Source: a virus
Lineage: Duplodnaviria; Caudoviricetes
DNA length: 47,739 bases
Virus record (IMG/VR): IMGVR_UViG_3300023171_000019
Span: 1 to 47,739 of that record
Reading direction: 5' to 3' (one strand)
In this document: in pieces, positions 44,142 through 47,739 of the stretch
How the letters are laid out: every line of letters begins with the position of its first letter
Position numbering within the stretch: position 1 is the first letter of the stretch
Position numbers and translations under genes: made by a program
The notes under the pieces: model-generated
Seen by the model: only the letters and a program-made list of their open reading frames with translations
Told to the model about the DNA's origin: nothing
Databases searched by the model: none

Positions 44142-44644
44142 AAATTTCAAAAGCCCTGGCTACTCAGATAGCCGAAAAAGCCCTCGCATTCAGAGACGAG
44201 GAGATTAATAAAGCCGAACAGGCGGTGCACGTACAGTGCGATTTAATGGCAGAGACGTTTACACCGCAAGCCGTTAAAGACTTGTTTATGACGGAAAGGG
44301 CTTATTTTAATGAGGCCGACAATCCTAGATTCTTTACCACAGAAAGTACCGATTGGACTCACTACGCTTTAAGCAAGTCATACCCTGTTAGAAATGGTTC
44401 TTATGATCAGATACTCGTCAGTGAAGAAGCTTTAAAAGCCCTACACAAACTCACTGGCCGTGTATCGAAGCTTAAAGCTCAGCTGGTAAAAGATATTGAA
44501 GCTTTGGAGACTGCGATGTACCAGCTGCGCACCAGGGATAAAGTGCTCAAAGAGCTGCCGGAGCTTGAACAATACTTCCCGACAGAAATGTCAACAGCTC
44601 TTGTGCCAAACATGTCGGGTATCCGGGATCTGTTGAAACATTAA
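44138..44644 (+). CDS. Hypothetical protein, Nmad5-like (nucleotide-modification-associated)
   Basis: Helical 168 aa ending LRTRDKVLKELPELEQYFP...ALVP. Confidence 0.5.
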   Translation: MKISKALATQIAEKALAFRDEEINKAEQAVHVQCDLMAETFTPQAVKDLFMTERAYFNEADNPRFFTTESTDWTHYALSKSYPVRNGSYDQILVSEEALKALHKLTGRVSKLKAQLVKDIEALETAMYQLRTRDKVLKELPELEQYFPTEMSTALVPNMSGIRDLLKH

Positions 44645-44669
44645 TTCACTTTTAACTTTTACTTAACAA

Positions 44670-44855
44670 ATGATCAAAATTATTTTTGTTAACGAGTCGA
44701 AAAAAATACTCTTAGAATCTTTCGCACCTGTTCTACCTGACAGAAACGAGAATGTTGAAATCGAAAGAAAGACTTATATAGTAGAGGCCCGAAGCTTCAA
44801 AGCAAGCGAAGACGGAATGTTGGCGTACATAATGTTGTGCAGGATAGATGTTTAA
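44670..44855 (+). CDS. Hypothetical protein
   Basis: 61 aa with AT-rich leader, followed by a terminator. Confidence 0.6.
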   Translation: MIKIIFVNESKKILLESFAPVLPDRNENVEIERKTYIVEARSFKASEDGMLAYIMLCRIDV

Positions 44856-44886
44856 ACCGAGAGGTTTCTTTTAGCAGAAACAATTC

Positions 44887-44924
44887 AAAAGCACCCTGGG
44901 CTTTATTTGCTCAGGTGCTTTTTT
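44887..44924 (+). terminator. Intrinsic terminator
   Basis: AAAAGCACC-CTGGGC...GCTCA-GGTGCTTTTTT. Confidence 0.75.
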
Positions 44925-44993
44925 GTGCGCAGTAATATTTTGCTTTTTCAGTCTGTTTGTTTTAATTTGCAGGTAACTATAACTTTTAAGAAT

Positions 44994-45326
44994 ATGCCAG
45001 TTCCCGAAGAAGGTGAGATCGCCATAAACGACATGGGCTTAAAGACTCTTGAAGCCTCTGATAGCCTGTTTCTAACCACTTCACTAGGTATGTCCGGTAG
45101 AGCTCGGGTAGGGGATTTACTTAACTTCTTGATTGCGCAATCTTTCACTTTCACTTCCGGGCTTCCTGAATCTCAGGTTATGATTCCCGGCGTGACGGTT
45201 GGTGATATGATCGGGCGAACTTACAGGGATCTCATAGAAGAACTATACATCTACGTGGGGACTCTTTCAAGTGCGCCGCCAACTAATAATTCATTCCCTT
45301 ACACATTACCATTTACGCTATCATGA
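44994..45326 (+). CDS. Hypothetical, probably virion-associated protein (start ATG 44994)
   Basis: Ends FPYTLPFTLS; ATGA-coupled to the 755-aa gene. Confidence 0.6.
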   Translation: MPVPEEGEIAINDMGLKTLEASDSLFLTTSLGMSGRARVGDLLNFLIAQSFTFTSGLPESQVMIPGVTVGDMIGRTYRDLIEELYIYVGTLSSAPPTNNSFPYTLPFTLS

Positions 45327-47590
45327 GCAGCAAAATAACATTCGCAGATAAAGTCGCAGGGAGTCAATTTTTTGCAGCTGATGCGCAGGAGATTAAAGAA
45401 AAAGTGAATCTGAATGCTGATTCCTTAGACGCGGACATCGCAGCCCTGTTGGCATTAAAAGCCGGTAGCTCTGAAACAATTGCTTCCCTTAAAGCCCTTA
45501 TTGACACGTTAACGTCAAGCAAAGCCAGCGCAACAACCGTAAACAATATCCTAACCCTTTTAGGAATTGACAGTTCCGGGAATGCAGTTACGGACATAAA
45601 TACAGTAGTTGACACGGTTAAAGAAGTGTTAGCCACTTATCAGAACTTTCCTGAGGGGGCGAATATTGCGGCTTTGCTTTCGCAGAAAGTTGACAAGGAA
45701 ACAGGGAAGTCTTTATTGAGTGATACGGAAATTACAAAGCTTAGCGGAATCGCAACAGGCGCGACCAACAATGTAAAGGCTAGCGTGTCCGATCTTGAAT
45801 CTGGGACTGATGATACTAAATTTATTACACCGCTATTAAATGCAAAGTCCAAAGCGCGAAGTAAGTATTTAGCCAATAAAAAGACTTACACCCAGGCAAA
45901 TGTTTTGGCTATTCCGAACTGCATTGCTGCTTTCACACCAGATAGTGGCTTCTACTCCGATGAAGCAGCTACAATCGTACAATCAACCGATGGCGGAGTG
46001 ATTAAATGCTGGAAAAATGCAGCCAATAACTCTAAAAATGCGACAAGTTCAGGAACTGGCTTTATTCTTAATCAAAATGGGATTAATGGACGAGACGCCG
46101 TTAAACAAACCGGAACAGGCTTAAGGCTTAGAGCGGTTGATCTTTTAACTGAAAATCCGGTATCTACCGAGATGACTGTCTTTATGGTTGTTCAAAATCC
46201 ATATTCTGTTACAAATGATGTGGCGATATCATCATCTGATGGCAGATTTAGAATGGGTTGGAATCAAACTCCTGGCACTAATGCGCAGGAAAATGTATTT
46301 AGTGCAGCAAGCACGATAACCCAAAGCCCAAAATTGCCGATAGATATAAGGACATCTGCAAACATAGCCAATGGCACTGCCAAGCCATCATCTGTATTGA
46401 TACAATCAGTAAGTGTAAGTACAACAGCATTATTAACAGAGCAAAATTTCCATGGGTATATAAACAGAGTGGCGAATGCAGGAAATGCTTTGAATGTATC
46501 GGGAGATTTTATTATAGGAGGACTTTCGGCAGCCTTCCCATGGAAGGGAGATGTAGGAGCGGTAATTATTTTTAACCGTTTGCTTACTCCTACCGAGAAG
46601 CTAGTGGTAAATGGTTATCTAGAGTCTAAGTTTAATGAGTTCCCAGATGCGTTGTTATATGTTTCAGGTAATTCTTTGGTAGCCGGGACCGCAAGCTCAA
46701 CAGGAGTTGTAACATATCCAGGGCCAACAAGCACCCCTTTCTACGCTTCCCCCTCAGGAAAAGACGTAGTTTCTCAATTTAATAGCCTGTATAATGCCGA
46801 TGGAAGGATAACAGTAAGGATGGAGGGCTACCCTGGAAGGAAAATAAGTCAAATGATTGACGAAATTCCGCTTACGTTAAACATGTTTGTAGCTTCTGCT
46901 TCGAACAGAAAACGCGTGGTTGTCTTTTGGGAATTTGCCAATTCTGTCCCGGACAAGATGAATGAAAATTACGCAGCATATAAAGCAGGAACAGAACCGT
47001 ACAGCTATACAGAAATGGCTAATTTATGCGGTATTGCTAAAAACGCCGGATGGATAGTCTTAGTGGGGACAATGATTCCTCGCGGAGATACGTCCGACGA
47101 TAAAAAGCTTTATGCGGTTCAATGCTATGTAAATACATGGTTGAAAAATAATTATATGGATATCTGCGATGGAATTGTTGCATTTGATTCCGATCCAAGG
47201 ATCGGGAAGCCAGGAGCGGAACAAATTACTACAACAAGTATTCTTACGTTAGGATCTATTACAGCAGGTTCTGGTTATACTAATGGATCGTATGTCAATG
47301 TTCCCTTGACGGGCGGGGCTGGAACCCAGGCCGCTGCCAATATAACGGTTGCGGGAGGTGTCGTAACCGCCGTTACCCTAATGAATCCCGGGTCTGGGTA
47401 TGTAATCGGAAATGCACTTTCAGCGCTTGCTGCAAATATCGGTGGAACTGGTTCAGGATTTTCAGTTCCGGTTGCCTCACTAAATGCAGGGGCTTTCTTT
47501 TCGCCCGATAAAACTCACTTGGTTGACGCAGGTTACACGGTTGGAGCTAAAATATTGTACGAGGCATTAATGCCAGTCTTATACAATTAA
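45323..47590 (+). CDS. Putative receptor-binding/tail-spike protein with LamG-like and SGNH-hydrolase domains
   Basis: Coiled-coil anchor (KVDKETGKSLLS..KLSGIATGAT), LamG-like FIIGG..WKGDVGAVIIFNRLL, SGNH blocks GNSL, G, N and DKTH. Confidence 0.7.
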   Translation: MSSKITFADKVAGSQFFAADAQEIKEKVNLNADSLDADIAALLALKAGSSETIASLKALIDTLTSSKASATTVNNILTLLGIDSSGNAVTDINTVVDTVKEVLATYQNFPEGANIAALLSQKVDKETGKSLLSDTEITKLSGIATGATNNVKASVSDLESGTDDTKFITPLLNAKSKARSKYLANKKTYTQANVLAIPNCIAAFTPDSGFYSDEAATIVQSTDGGVIKCWKNAANNSKNATSSGTGFILNQNGINGRDAVKQTGTGLRLRAVDLLTENPVSTEMTVFMVVQNPYSVTNDVAISSSDGRFRMGWNQTPGTNAQENVFSAASTITQSPKLPIDIRTSANIANGTAKPSSVLIQSVSVSTTALLTEQNFHGYINRVANAGNALNVSGDFIIGGLSAAFPWKGDVGAVIIFNRLLTPTEKLVVNGYLESKFNEFPDALLYVSGNSLVAGTASSTGVVTYPGPTSTPFYASPSGKDVVSQFNSLYNADGRITVRMEGYPGRKISQMIDEIPLTLNMFVASASNRKRVVVFWEFANSVPDKMNENYAAYKAGTEPYSYTEMANLCGIAKNAGWIVLVGTMIPRGDTSDDKKLYAVQCYVNTWLKNNYMDICDGIVAFDSDPRIGKPGAEQITTTSILTLGSITAGSGYTNGSYVNVPLTGGAGTQAAANITVAGGVVTAVTLMNPGSGYVIGNALSALAANIGGTGSGFSVPVASLNAGAFFSPDKTHLVDAGYTVGAKILYEALMPVLYN

Positions 47591-47623
47591 CAAACCCCCT
47601 AAGGGAGACATCACCCGCGAGGG

Positions 47624-47739
<116 letters not shown>

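Noticed and set aside
604-45876. Numerous antisense and alternate-frame ORFs in the track (for example 12591..13112, 16574..17134, 33683..34153)
   Set aside because: They are shadows of well-supported genes and lack leaders or recognisable motifs.
7309-47590. Stop-codon reassignment
   Set aside because: Core genes are full length in the standard code, and TAG, TGA and TAA all end conserved genes (for example portal TAG, DUF2800 TAG, tape measure TGA).

Overview
A 47.7-kb partial genome of a tailed phage with a contractile tail and a lambda-type head. The host is probably a Bacteroidota species, since promoters follow the TTG-N19-21-TAnnTTTG pattern and translation leaders are AT-rich with no Shine-Dalgarno. 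The window opens inside an SNF2-like helicase and ends in a (GA)n tract that is probably an assembly artefact. Gene order: helicase C-terminus, gpZ-like gene, AT-rich leftward cassette array of 11 orphan genes (2027-6054), lambda-like cos site (about 6265-6311), Dam methylase, TerS, TerL, a non-coding RNA cluster with tRNA-Pro(TGG), gpW, portal, protease-capsid fusion, P2-like sheath, tube, frameshifted chaperone, tape measure and baseplate, patatin phospholipase, an APSE-like replication module (DUF2800, DUF2815, PolA with a 125-aa mini-intein), GH19 endolysin, accessory genes and an SGNH/LamG receptor-binding candidate. Most notable: three copies of a covarying intergenic RNA in the cassette array carry the conserved core of the pistol self-cleaving ribozyme, but a local hairpin replaces pistol's P1/pseudoknot, giving a hammerhead-like three-way junction. 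They sit between stop codons and repeated translation leaders in what should be the first-injected end of the genome. Second, the non-coding RNA operon holds an anticodon-less tRNA mimic on a 19-bp stem, a tRNA-like RNA with an 8-nt anticodon loop, a perfect four-way junction RNA and a pseudoknotted RNA. All family calls come from motif recognition by eye; no searches or folding programs were run.
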